From a virus: a DNA stretch of 64,000 bases. The stretch spans positions 32,001 through 96,000 of IMG/VR virus record IMGVR_UViG_3300020162_001876; one strand, given 5' to 3'. The position numbers and the translations under genes were made by a program. Positions 38,369 to 47,901 of the stretch are shown piece by piece. Below the pieces are notes generated by a model. It was not told the DNA's origin. It was given only the letters and a program-made list of their open reading frames with translations, and made no database searches. Each line of letters starts with the position of its first letter. The stretch's first letter is position 1.

Positions 38369-40462
38369 ATGGCTGAAACTTTATTATCTCCAGGTGTTCT
38401 AACTAGAGAAAATGACCAATCACAGATTACTCAAGGCCCTATTACTGCGGGTGCAGCTATAATAGGACCTACAGTATCAGGTCCTGTTAGAATTCCAACT
38501 TTAGTTACTTCTTATAGTGACTATTTAAATAAATTCGGTGGGTCTTTCATCAGTGGTGGAACATCCTACGAATACTTAACATCAATCTCTACTTATAATT
38601 ATTTCCAACAAGGTGGAACTACTTTATTAGTAACTAGAGCAGTAAGTGGTACATTCTTACCTGCTACCTCTAGTGCTACAAATAATATAGCTTCTATAGT
38701 TGGAGGATTCGCATCTGCTTCTTTTGTAACACAATCTTCTTCAACAGCTTCATGGAATCAAATTTTAATTACTACTAATACAGCATTTGGTGATGTAAGA
38801 TATACTATTTATAATTATCCTTACTATAGTACTGGTTCTTATTTTTATGATAATACTATTAATACTTTATATGTTGGAGTAGGTAATGGGAATTTTGATG
38901 GAATTAATGCTATAACTTCTACTTCTCAGTGGGCTACATTATTAACTAATGCAGTAAATGCTTCAGGTTCATCTGGAAATGCTCTTTCAAATCTAGTATC
39001 AGCTTCAATATCAGGTAGTAGTATTAGATTCACAGCAGATAATGCAGGAACAATTTATAATAATTTAGCTTTAACTAGTAGTTTTGGATACGGAACTCCA
39101 GTAACATCTAGTTTTAGAGGTGGTACTGATTCAACCCCAAATACAGTATTTGTACTAGAAACATTATCTCAAGGTGCTATTAATAATAGTTTTAGTACTG
39201 AAGGAACTAATAATACTTTACTATCAGGTTCAAATAATAACATTAGATATGAATTATTAAATGTTAGTACAGGAAGTGGTACATTTGATTTATTAATTAG
39301 AAGAGGTAACGATAATATTAATTCTAAAGTAGTATTAGAACAATGGACTGGATTATCATTAGATCCTAACCAGCCAAATTATATTGAAGCAGTAATTGGT
39401 AATCAATCAACAACTACTGATAATGGATATACACAAGTAACTGGTGACTACACTAACAAATCAAGATATGTAAGAGTAAAATCAGTAGCTTACACCACTC
39501 CAAATTACTTTGATAATAATGGTACACCAGTATCTTCTTATACAGCATCTTTACCAATAGCTCAAAGTGGTTCATTCGGCGGAGCTTTAGGAGTTAATTG
39601 TGCAGTTTACGGTTTATCAAACTCAGATTATACTTCATCAATTACTTTATTAAGCAACCCAGATGAATATAAATTTAACATAATCACTACTCCAGGTATC
39701 ACAGCTACAACAGGAAACGCCGTTATTACTTCATTAACTAATATGGCTTCTGATAGAGGAGATTGTATAGCAATTGTTGATATGTCTGCTTTTGGAAACA
39801 ATATAGCTACAGTAATTAATAATGCAACATCAGTTGATAGTTCATATGCAGCGACTTATTACCCATGGGTTCAAATTAGTGCTCCTAATACAGGAAAATT
39901 AACATGGGTTCCACCATCAACAATCATACCAAGTGTTTATGCTTATAATGATAGAATAGGTGCTCCATGGTTTGCTCCTGCAGGATTTACAAGAGGTGGG
40001 TTAAGTGTTATTCAAGCTGAAAGAAAATTATCTCCATCTGATAGAGATGCTTTATATGCTGGTAAAATTAATTCATTAGCTACATTCCCTGGACAAGGTG
40101 TAGTAGCGTATGGTCAGAAAACTCTACAGAAAAAAGCATCAGCTTTAGATAGAATTAATGTTAGAAGATTATTAATTGAATTAAAATCTTATATTGGACA
40201 AATAGCTGATGGATTAGTGTTTGAACAAAATACAGCTGCTACAAGAAATAGATTCTTAAGACAAGTAAATCCATACTTAGATTCAATTCAACAAAGACAA
40301 GGTGTGTATGCTTATAAAGTAGTAATGGATGAATCAAATAATACAGCTGATGTAATTGATAGAAATCAATTATTAGGTCAAATTTTTATTCAACCTACTA
40401 GAACTGCTGAGTTTATTATATTAGACTTTAATGTTACACCAACCGGTGCAACTTTCGCGTAA
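38369..40462 (+). CDS. Tail sheath protein (T4 gp18-like)
   Basis: LLSPGV..RE.D; WFAPAG..RG; DRINVRRL; FE.N; PTRTAEFI. Confidence 0.95.
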   Translation: MAETLLSPGVLTRENDQSQITQGPITAGAAIIGPTVSGPVRIPTLVTSYSDYLNKFGGSFISGGTSYEYLTSISTYNYFQQGGTTLLVTRAVSGTFLPATSSATNNIASIVGGFASASFVTQSSSTASWNQILITTNTAFGDVRYTIYNYPYYSTGSYFYDNTINTLYVGVGNGNFDGINAITSTSQWATLLTNAVNASGSSGNALSNLVSASISGSSIRFTADNAGTIYNNLALTSSFGYGTPVTSSFRGGTDSTPNTVFVLETLSQGAINNSFSTEGTNNTLLSGSNNNIRYELLNVSTGSGTFDLLIRRGNDNINSKVVLEQWTGLSLDPNQPNYIEAVIGNQSTTTDNGYTQVTGDYTNKSRYVRVKSVAYTTPNYFDNNGTPVSSYTASLPIAQSGSFGGALGVNCAVYGLSNSDYTSSITLLSNPDEYKFNIITTPGITATTGNAVITSLTNMASDRGDCIAIVDMSAFGNNIATVINNATSVDSSYAATYYPWVQISAPNTGKLTWVPPSTIIPSVYAYNDRIGAPWFAPAGFTRGGLSVIQAERKLSPSDRDALYAGKINSLATFPGQGVVAYGQKTLQKKASALDRINVRRLLIELKSYIGQIADGLVFEQNTAATRNRFLRQVNPYLDSIQQRQGVYAYKVVMDESNNTADVIDRNQLLGQIFIQPTRTAEFIILDFNVTPTGATFA

Positions 40463-40476
40463 GGATAGATTCGTTT

Positions 40477-40486
40477 AATATTTATA
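40477..40486 (+). promoter_or_regulatory. Putative late promoter AATATTTATA
   Basis: Recurrent intergenic motif. Confidence 0.6.
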
Positions 40487-40502
40487 ATAAAATAAAAACA
40501 AC

Positions 40503-40991
40503 ATGGCAGTATTAAACCCTAACGAAATAATGTTCACTGCATTTGAACCTAAAGTATCAAATAGATTCATAATGTATATTGATGGAATTCCAGCTTATAT
40601 GATTAAAAAAGCTTCAGCTCCAGGATTCGATGCAGGTGAAATCACACTAGATCACATAAATGTTTACCGTAAAATAAAAGGTAAAATTAAATGGAATGAT
40701 GTTAATATCTCATTATATGATCCAATTGCTCCAGCAGGATCACAAGCTGTAATGGAGTGGATGCGTCTATCTCACGAATCTGTAACGGGTAGAGATGGAT
40801 ACTCAGATTTCTATAAAAAAGACTTAACATTTAATGTTTTAGGTCCTGTAGGTGATGTAGTTGGTGAATGGATTATAAAAGGTGCATTTGTTAAAACCGC
40901 AACATTTGGGGATTATGATTGGTCTCAAGGAGAAACAGCAATTGAAATCAATTGTACTTTAGCAATGGATTATTGTATCTTAAACTTCTAA
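40503..40991 (+). CDS. Tail tube protein (T4 gp19-like)
   Basis: EPK..NRF; W..KGAF; follows sheath. Confidence 0.9.
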   Translation: MAVLNPNEIMFTAFEPKVSNRFIMYIDGIPAYMIKKASAPGFDAGEITLDHINVYRKIKGKIKWNDVNISLYDPIAPAGSQAVMEWMRLSHESVTGRDGYSDFYKKDLTFNVLGPVGDVVGEWIIKGAFVKTATFGDYDWSQGETAIEINCTLAMDYCILNF

Positions 40992-41012
40992 TTAAGAAAA
41001 ATAAAAAGAAAA

Positions 41013-41041
41013 GAGCTCACATTTATTTGTGAGCTTTTTTT
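41013..41041 (+). terminator. Intrinsic terminator
   Basis: AGCTCACA-TTTATT-TGTGAGCT + T run. Confidence 0.85.
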
Positions 41042-41049
41042 ATTTTACT

Positions 41050-41058
41050 ATATTTATA
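41050..41058 (+). promoter_or_regulatory. Putative late promoter ATATTTATA
   Basis: Recurrent intergenic motif. Confidence 0.55.
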
Positions 41059-41078
41059 TATAAACACAAATAAAATTT

Positions 41079-41825
41079 ATGGAAAACCAAGTTACAAAAC
41101 CAAAATTCCCTACAGAAATTGTAGAACTTCCTTCAAAGGGTCTTTTATATGATAAAGATAATCCTCTTTCAAGTGGTCAAATTGAAATGAAATATATGAC
41201 TGCTAGAGAAGAAGATATTTTAACTAACTCAAATTATATCCAACAAGGTATTGTTTTAGATAAATTATTAGAATCACTTATTGTTTCTAAAGTAGATTTA
41301 AAAGATATTATTATTGGAGATAAAAACGCAATTTTAATTGCTTCTCGTATCTTGGGATATGGGCAAGAATATGAGTTTGAATCTGGAGGTAAACATTATA
41401 AAGTAGATTTAACAACTTTAAAAGATAAAGAATTACCTAAAGATGTAGACTATACTAAAAGTAATCAATTTTATTATACCTTACCAGCATCAGGTGTTGA
41501 AGTAGGTTATAAAATTTTAACTCATGGTGATGAATTAGCTATAGAAGCTGAATTAAAAGGATTAAAGAAAATTTATCCTAATGGTGGTTTACCTGAAGTT
41601 TCTACTCGTTTAAAATATATTGTTAATACTATTAATGGAAATACTGATAGAAAAGTAGTTAGAGAATTTATTGATAATGAATTATTAGCTAGAGACGCAA
41701 GATCATTACGTCAAGAAATCAAAAGAGTATCACCAGATATTGATTTAACTATTCAAGGTGATGGCGGGGAGGACATCACAGTACCTATTAGTCTTAACTT
41801 TTTTTGGCCTGACTACGAGTTATAG
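41079..41825 (+). CDS. Baseplate hub / tail assembly chaperone (T4 gp26-like)
   Basis: VELPSKG..Y; MTA.EEDIL; GD...IL...R...YG; ends NFFWP. Confidence 0.75.
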   Translation: MENQVTKPKFPTEIVELPSKGLLYDKDNPLSSGQIEMKYMTAREEDILTNSNYIQQGIVLDKLLESLIVSKVDLKDIIIGDKNAILIASRILGYGQEYEFESGGKHYKVDLTTLKDKELPKDVDYTKSNQFYYTLPASGVEVGYKILTHGDELAIEAELKGLKKIYPNGGLPEVSTRLKYIVNTINGNTDRKVVREFIDNELLARDARSLRQEIKRVSPDIDLTIQGDGGEDITVPISLNFFWPDYEL

Positions 41826-42078
41826 AATAAATTTATTTTCTCAAATGAATGAAATAGTATTTCATGGTAAAGGAGGGTATACTTGGGATACAGTTTATAA
41901 TTGGCCTATTTGGCTTCGAAATTTTACCTTTAAAAAATTAAAAGAATGGTATGATAAAGAACAAGCACAAGCCGAAGCCCAAAATAATCAATTAACAAAT
42001 AATAATGTAGCTGAAGTAGCTAGACCTAATATTCTTCCAACAAGTACATATAATGCAACAGTGCCTACCAAAAAGTAG
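41758..42078 (+). CDS. Downstream chaperone ORF (gp51/gpT-like); probably reached by frameshift at 41796-41808 or started at ATG 41845
   Basis: Overlaps upstream gene across a T7 run; W..VYN.PIWLR motif. Confidence 0.65.
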   Translation: MMAGRTSQYLLVLTFFGLTTSYRINLFSQMNEIVFHGKGGYTWDTVYNWPIWLRNFTFKKLKEWYDKEQAQAEAQNNQLTNNNVAEVARPNILPTSTYNATVPTKK

Positions 42079-42085
42079 GCACTTT
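42062..42085 (+). terminator. Terminator hairpin, left copy of 24-bp direct repeat
   Basis: TGCCTAC-CAAAAA-GTAGGCA-CTTT. Confidence 0.75.
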
Positions 42086-42095
42086 TTATCTATTC

Positions 42096-42105
42096 AATAT
42101 TTATA
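42096..42105 (+). promoter_or_regulatory. Putative late promoter AATATTTATA
   Basis: Recurrent intergenic motif. Confidence 0.6.
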
Positions 42106-42119
42106 TTAAAATTAAAATA

Positions 42120-42821
42120 ATGATATATTTAAAAGAAATAATTAAAGAAATTCTTATACAAGAGTTTACTCAAACTGATTTTAATAAAGCAAAAACCTGG
42201 GATGAAATTGTAAACTTATTTTCTCAATATAAAAGAGATTTAACCCCTTTTACTAAATATAAAGAAGAACATTCATTTTTAGGAAGCGGAAAAAACGGAA
42301 AAGTATTTAAAATAGAAAACTCAGATAAAGTTATTAAAATTACTAAAAATATATATGATATTTATATAGCTGATGATTTATTAGGAACCTCATATAAACA
42401 TTTACCTAAAATTTATAACGTAGTTGGATATGAAGAAGGAGTAAAAAACCCTTATTCTAAAAGAAGCAAATACGCAGGTGTTATAGTAATGGAATATTTA
42501 AATGAACTTCCAAAAGACTTATTCAAATTATTTTTAATGATGTTCCCTAATTATAATAAAAAAGGATTTTGGATGACAGATTTTTTAGATGGTATTTTAG
42601 ATAGTAATGAAATAGGACAGTTATTAATAGAACTAGACCCTACAATTGAATCTACTATTAAAAAATATGATTTTTTAAATCAATTAGAAGGAATAAAAAA
42701 TGATTTAAATCAAGCATTTGATTTAGAAGAAATAAGTGACCAACTAGACCCAACTCCAGGTAATTTCTTAATGAGAGGAAATACAATAGTATTTACTGAT
42801 ATAGTACAATCTGATAATTAA
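42120..42821 (+). CDS. Protein kinase-like protein with N-terminal LKEIIKEILIQE leader
   Basis: LGSGKNGKVF, VIKIT, HLPKIY, IVMEYL, DPTPGN, FTDI. Confidence 0.8.
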   Translation: MIYLKEIIKEILIQEFTQTDFNKAKTWDEIVNLFSQYKRDLTPFTKYKEEHSFLGSGKNGKVFKIENSDKVIKITKNIYDIYIADDLLGTSYKHLPKIYNVVGYEEGVKNPYSKRSKYAGVIVMEYLNELPKDLFKLFLMMFPNYNKKGFWMTDFLDGILDSNEIGQLLIELDPTIESTIKKYDFLNQLEGIKNDLNQAFDLEEISDQLDPTPGNFLMRGNTIVFTDIVQSDN

Positions 42822-42847
42822 AATTTAATTTTATTTTAATATAATAA

Positions 42848-42871
42848 TGCCTACTAAAAAGTAGGCACTTT
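42848..42871 (+). terminator. Terminator hairpin, right copy of 24-bp direct repeat
   Basis: TGCCTAC-TAAAAA-GTAGGCA-CTTT, one mismatch to left copy. Confidence 0.75.
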
Positions 42872-42873
42872 CT

Positions 42874-42882
42874 ATATTTATA
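42874..42882 (+). promoter_or_regulatory. Putative late promoter ATATTTATA
   Basis: Recurrent intergenic motif. Confidence 0.55.
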
Positions 42883-42899
42883 CTATATACTAAGTTATT

Positions 42900-45251
42900 A
42901 TGGCTACAACACCTAATCAAAATTCACTAGAACAAGACTTAATTGACTTATTAAATCGTCGTAGGGGAATTGAAGAAGCAAGTCTAGATGATGCTAGGGA
43001 TTTGGCTAATATTTTACAATCTCAAACTAAAGAAATTAAATTTCAAATAATAGAAAGAAATCAACTTCGTTCTATAGGGAGAGATATAGTTAAAATATCA
43101 ACAGAAGCCTATACTATTCAAGATAAAGAATTAGGTACTACTAAAAGTTTAACAGATTTAGCTAAACAAAGACAAGCTTTAGAAAAAAATATTTTACTTT
43201 TATCTTCTTTAAAAAACAAAAATTACTCCAGTGACGCTAAAATCAACCAGGATATAAAAAATTCCATCCAGGAACAAATTGAAGTCGCTATTAAGTTAAA
43301 ACAAGAAATAGAAGGTATTGAAAAACTTTCTGAAAGTATATATAATAATTTTGGAGTTAAAACCTTTGGAGCTCTATCAGATATAGCAAAAGCTATACCT
43401 GGATTAAAAAGATTCTCAGAACCCTTTAATGCCGCAGCGGAAGCCTCAAGAAAAGCAGCAGTTCTTAGTAAAGAATATATTAAAAATGAAAATTTAAAAT
43501 TAGCGGCAGCTACTAAAGGTAATGGATTAGATAGAGATAGAATTAAGCAATTAGGTTTAGAAAATGAATTACTAGATCGTAATGGCAATGCTATTCAAGG
43601 ATCCGCAGCTGCCATGAAAGCCCAAGCGTTAATAAATAAAGATTTAGCTAAACCCCAAAATTCCTTTTTAGCTGGTGTTAAATCATTAGGTCCTGCTCTA
43701 ACCAAAGCGTTTGGGCCTATGTTTATATTACTTGAAGTCTTTAATGCTTTTAAAGGGATAGATAAAGCTATAGGTGATACTGCTAAACAATTAGGTATTT
43801 CTTATGAATCATCTGCTAAATTAAGTAGAGAATTTAACTCTATAGCTAATAATAGTAATAATGTATTTGTTACTACTAAAGGGCTACATGAGTCATTTAA
43901 TCAAATAAATGCTGCTTTAGGCACTAACTCAGTTTTAAATGAAGAATTATTATTAACTCAAACTGAACTTACCAAACAAGCTGGTTATAGTGTTGAAGCT
44001 GCTACTCAAATTTCTAAATTATCTTTAGCTACAGGAAAGCCTGCTAAAGAAATCACTACAGCTTTTTTAGGACAAGCTAAAGCTTTAAATTTAACTAACA
44101 AAACTGCTATTAATGAAAAATCATTATTAGAAAGTATAGCTAAAACTTCAAAAGCCACTTTAATTACATTTGCCGCTCAACCTGGTAAATTAGCTGAAGC
44201 GGCATATGAAGCTAAAAGGGTAGGATTAGAATTAGAGTCAATAAAAGGAATACAAGATTCATTACTTAATATTGAATCCTCAATTGCCTCTGAATTTGAA
44301 GCAGAAGTAATAACTGGTAAACAATTAAATTTAGAAAGAGCAAGATATTATGCTTTAACTAATAATATAGCAGGAGTAGCAAAAGAATTAGGAAATCAAG
44401 GTATTGACCAAAATAGATTTGCTAAAATGAACCTTCTACAACAAGAATCTATAGCTAAAGCTATGGGTATGAGTAGAGATCAAATGGCAGAAATGTTAAT
44501 GGATCAAACTGCTATGAGTAGATTATCACAAGTTGATGGAAATACTGCTAAAGAAAAATTTGATAACTTAGTAAAACAAGTTGGGTTAGAAGAAGCTAAA
44601 AAACAATTAGGAGATGAAACTTTAGCCCAACAAATGGCATCTGCTTCTATCCAAGACAGATTCTTAGCATCTGTTGAAAAATTAAAAGAAGTATTTGTAA
44701 CTTTAGCTGAACCTTTAATACCTGTAGTAAGTGCATTTGCAAACGCTTTTGCTTACCTAGCAAAAATGCCAGGATTATTAACTACTATATCAGTTTTATT
44801 AGCTGGAATGGCAGCACGAAGTATAGCTACAGCTATAGCTAGTATATTCACTAGTAGCGCTATGTTAGGTCCTATAGGAATAGCTGCAGGAATAGCAGGA
44901 TCTATAGGAATGATGGCTATGATAGCAAAAAGTGAATCAGCGGTTCCTGTAGGAGATATCAATTCCCCAGCTAGTGGCAAAACTCAGGTTTCTACTAAAG
45001 AAGGAGGATTATTTAATTTAAGTGAAAATGATGATTTAGTAGCATTTCCAGGAGCATCTCAAATGATGAGACAACCCAAAACTGTAGTGGTTAATAATTC
45101 TCAATCTCCTATGATTGATTATGAAAAATTGGGAATGCATGTTGCTAAAGCTGTAACAGCTAATCCCATCCAAGCTGTAGCTAATATAGATGGAGTTAGT
45201 ATAACAAGGGAAATGCAAACCCCAATGGGAATAACTACACGCAAAATATAA
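42900..45251 (+). CDS. Tape measure protein
   Basis: Long Ala-rich helical protein with hydrophobic segments, downstream of tube and chaperones. Confidence 0.8.
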   Translation: MATTPNQNSLEQDLIDLLNRRRGIEEASLDDARDLANILQSQTKEIKFQIIERNQLRSIGRDIVKISTEAYTIQDKELGTTKSLTDLAKQRQALEKNILLLSSLKNKNYSSDAKINQDIKNSIQEQIEVAIKLKQEIEGIEKLSESIYNNFGVKTFGALSDIAKAIPGLKRFSEPFNAAAEASRKAAVLSKEYIKNENLKLAAATKGNGLDRDRIKQLGLENELLDRNGNAIQGSAAAMKAQALINKDLAKPQNSFLAGVKSLGPALTKAFGPMFILLEVFNAFKGIDKAIGDTAKQLGISYESSAKLSREFNSIANNSNNVFVTTKGLHESFNQINAALGTNSVLNEELLLTQTELTKQAGYSVEAATQISKLSLATGKPAKEITTAFLGQAKALNLTNKTAINEKSLLESIAKTSKATLITFAAQPGKLAEAAYEAKRVGLELESIKGIQDSLLNIESSIASEFEAEVITGKQLNLERARYYALTNNIAGVAKELGNQGIDQNRFAKMNLLQQESIAKAMGMSRDQMAEMLMDQTAMSRLSQVDGNTAKEKFDNLVKQVGLEEAKKQLGDETLAQQMASASIQDRFLASVEKLKEVFVTLAEPLIPVVSAFANAFAYLAKMPGLLTTISVLLAGMAARSIATAIASIFTSSAMLGPIGIAAGIAGSIGMMAMIAKSESAVPVGDINSPASGKTQVSTKEGGLFNLSENDDLVAFPGASQMMRQPKTVVVNNSQSPMIDYEKLGMHVAKAVTANPIQAVANIDGVSITREMQTPMGITTRKI

Positions 45252-45257
45252 CTTTAC

Positions 45258-45266
45258 AATATTTAT
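45258..45266 (+). promoter_or_regulatory. Putative late promoter AATATTTAT
   Basis: Recurrent intergenic motif. Confidence 0.55.
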
Positions 45267-45289
45267 TATAAACAATAAAATATAACACA

Positions 45290-45577
45290 ATGGGATTATT
45301 AACATTATTAAACTCAGGAGTAAGTAATTTAGGATATGATGGAACACCTGTTCCTTCAACTATAAATAACAACCCTCCAGGATTTACTCGTCATAATTTA
45401 TTTTCTACTAATGGTCAACCTAACGTAGCATCTAATATTATAGTTGGAGGAGTGACAGGATTACAGGCACCTCCTGTAACTTATATTCCTTCAAATTTAG
45501 AAGAAAGAGATCCATTAAATACTAGCATTTACAGAAATGCTCCAGGACAAGGATACCTAGACAACTTACCAGGATAA
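45290..45577 (+). CDS. Hypothetical tail/baseplate protein
   Basis: ORF track; ends YLDNLP. Confidence 0.6.
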   Translation: MGLLTLLNSGVSNLGYDGTPVPSTINNNPPGFTRHNLFSTNGQPNVASNIIVGGVTGLQAPPVTYIPSNLEERDPLNTSIYRNAPGQGYLDNLPG

Positions 45578-45581
45578 TTAA

Positions 45582-47522
45582 ATGGCTTTAAGATATCTTC
45601 GAACTAGTCTAAAGTCTCTCCAGTTCGGTAACGATACTCCTGGAGGTGGCTCTAGTGGTCTTCCATATATTAAAACGGGTTTACCTGAAGACTCACCTGC
45701 GGGTGAGTACTTAGCAGGAATCGCACGAAATAGTATGGATTGGCCGCTTAGAGGTGGGGCTTACTCAACTGTAGCGTCTACTATAGACTCGGTTAGAATA
45801 TCGCGTTTTTTAACTGATCTTCCTAGAGGATATGTATTTACCTCTAAACAAGTTCAATTACAAAAATCTAATCCTAAAATTGAGACAGGAGGTTTTGCTT
45901 CTAGATTAAATACTCAAACTTACAATTTAAATGCTAATTTACTAGCACAAGTTTTTGAACAAGGTACTGGTGTTCATATACCAAGACCGGGTGCTAATGC
46001 TAATGAATTAGGGCCTGACAATCCTCAAGCTAAATATGAGTGGATTGTATCTCATAAAGACACAAATCAAAACAGATTAGTAGCACTTTATGGTTCTAAA
46101 ATTCAACAAAATTCAACTGGATTATTTCTTGATTCTGCTGTAACTAAATTAGGAATCTCTACTGATGATAATATTTTATTTGATTATGAAATGGGACCTG
46201 ATTCATTGTATGGAGATGGTAACACAACTATATTTAGAACTACAAATACTACTACAGCTTTTAAAGGGTATACTTCTAAAGGATTTATTAAAACTGGATA
46301 TAATCCTATTTTTAAAACATTATCTCAAGATACTCCTTATAGTTCAAGTTATATAGCGTCTTTATATAATACTTCTAATGTAGATGCCTTCATACAATCA
46401 TCTATAGTAGCACAATCATTTGGTATTCCTAGTAATGCCCAAACAGTAAATCTTATAAGAGATGAATTTAATTCTGAAGATAATACAAGTTATCAACAAT
46501 CATCTCCCGATTATATAAGGCCTGAATTTGTACCTGTAGGTACGTCTCCTATAAATTACTTTGGTAATACAATGGGTTATAGTGCTTTATTAGCATCTGA
46601 ACCTGGTAAATTACAGGATTTTAGAACAGCTACTATAGATCTTAATCCTTTAGCTGAAGATTATACTGATTTTTATGTTCCAATGATTACTAGAATTGGA
46701 ATAGGAAGTCCCGGAGCCAGAAAAGATAGAAGTAATCCTTATATTCCTTTTGCAGAAGGGCAGGATAAGATTAATATGTCTCCTATTTATAGAAGTGATA
46801 TTAATGATAGAGTTGAAGACGATAGCCCATCTGTTAGAGATTTAATTAAGTTTTGTATAGAAGTTATAGATAATGATAATCCCAATATAACAGATAGAAT
46901 GCATTTTAGAGCATTTATTACTAATTTCTCTGATGATATAGGAGCTGAATGGGATTCAAAAAAATACATGGGTAGAGGTGAAAACTTTTACACTTACCAA
47001 GGATTTACAAGAGAAGTAGGATTTACTTTTATAGTAGCAGCCCAGTCAGTTCAAGAAATGGAAAAACTTTACCAAAAAACTAACTACTTAGCTTCTACAT
47101 TATTACCTGATTATCAATTAGGCACAGGATTTATGAGGGGTAGTCTTCATAAATTAACTATAGGAGAATATTTTTATAGAGTTCCTGGAGTTATTACATC
47201 TATGAATATAAGTGTAGAGGACAATTATGCTTGGGAAATTAAAATGAAACAACCTGAATTAAGAAAACAAAATAATGATAAAGGGGTAGGTAAAGATCAA
47301 CTTCAAATGGAAGTTCCGCAAATATTAAAAATTCAAATGCGTTTTAAACCTATAATGGGTAAATTACCACAAAAAGGTCTTAAAGAACCTGTCATAGTTT
47401 CTGAAGCTATAGCTAATAATTATTTATTAAGAGAAGATTTTAATTATGAATATAAGTTTCCTAAACCATCAGCAATAACTAATCCTACAGATTTAAAAGA
47501 AATTTCTCCAGAATTAAATTAG
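45582..47522 (+). CDS. Baseplate protein (tube-initiator-like C-terminal domain)
   Basis: FRAFIT.FSD...A.W....Y.GR.E.FY.Y.GF.R...F.F; LTIG. Confidence 0.65.
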   Translation: MALRYLRTSLKSLQFGNDTPGGGSSGLPYIKTGLPEDSPAGEYLAGIARNSMDWPLRGGAYSTVASTIDSVRISRFLTDLPRGYVFTSKQVQLQKSNPKIETGGFASRLNTQTYNLNANLLAQVFEQGTGVHIPRPGANANELGPDNPQAKYEWIVSHKDTNQNRLVALYGSKIQQNSTGLFLDSAVTKLGISTDDNILFDYEMGPDSLYGDGNTTIFRTTNTTTAFKGYTSKGFIKTGYNPIFKTLSQDTPYSSSYIASLYNTSNVDAFIQSSIVAQSFGIPSNAQTVNLIRDEFNSEDNTSYQQSSPDYIRPEFVPVGTSPINYFGNTMGYSALLASEPGKLQDFRTATIDLNPLAEDYTDFYVPMITRIGIGSPGARKDRSNPYIPFAEGQDKINMSPIYRSDINDRVEDDSPSVRDLIKFCIEVIDNDNPNITDRMHFRAFITNFSDDIGAEWDSKKYMGRGENFYTYQGFTREVGFTFIVAAQSVQEMEKLYQKTNYLASTLLPDYQLGTGFMRGSLHKLTIGEYFYRVPGVITSMNISVEDNYAWEIKMKQPELRKQNNDKGVGKDQLQMEVPQILKIQMRFKPIMGKLPQKGLKEPVIVSEAIANNYLLREDFNYEYKFPKPSAITNPTDLKEISPELN

Positions 47523-47543
47523 GTTCCATTAGGAACCTTTTTT
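47521..47543 (+). terminator. Intrinsic terminator
   Basis: AGGTTCC-ATTA-GGAACCT + T run. Confidence 0.8.
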
Positions 47544-47550
47544 ATTTTGC

Positions 47551-47559
47551 ATATTTATA
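47551..47559 (+). promoter_or_regulatory. Putative late promoter ATATTTATA
   Basis: Recurrent intergenic motif. Confidence 0.55.
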
Positions 47560-47574
47560 TTAAAATGTAAAAGT

Positions 47575-47895
47575 ATGCCAAGTAGATACCAAATGATCTC
47601 TACAATGAAATCAGATACAGGTGTTACCTCAACCTCAGGTAAAACTATGTATAAACCAACTTATTACCCTAATATTGAAGCTCAATCTGATGATAATTAT
47701 ATTTTAACAGGAGTAGCTGATAGGCTAGATAATATAGCTTTTGATTTTTATGGAGATTCCACTTTATGGTGGGTCATATCTATGGTTAATAATTTAGAAG
47801 GTGATTCTATTTATCCTCCATTAGGAATGTATTTAAGAATACCTAAGGATTTAGCTAATATTTTATCTAAATATAATCAATCAAATAATATATAA
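47575..47895 (+). CDS. LysM-like baseplate protein (gp53/tail X-like)
   Basis: DRLD.IA..FYGD..LWWVI...N...G..LRIP. Confidence 0.85.
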   Translation: MPSRYQMISTMKSDTGVTSTSGKTMYKPTYYPNIEAQSDDNYILTGVADRLDNIAFDFYGDSTLWWVISMVNNLEGDSIYPPLGMYLRIPKDLANILSKYNQSNNI

Positions 47896-47901
47896 TAAGT
47901 T

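Noticed and set aside
45691-45708. Hairpin ACTCACC-TGCG-GGTGAGT in a baseplate gene
   Set aside because: Single 7-bp stem inside coding sequence with no U tract or second copy; could be chance
35886-46356. Nested + strand ORFs 35886..36080 and 46165..46356
   Set aside because: Out-of-frame, Leu-rich translations inside long genes; no independent signals
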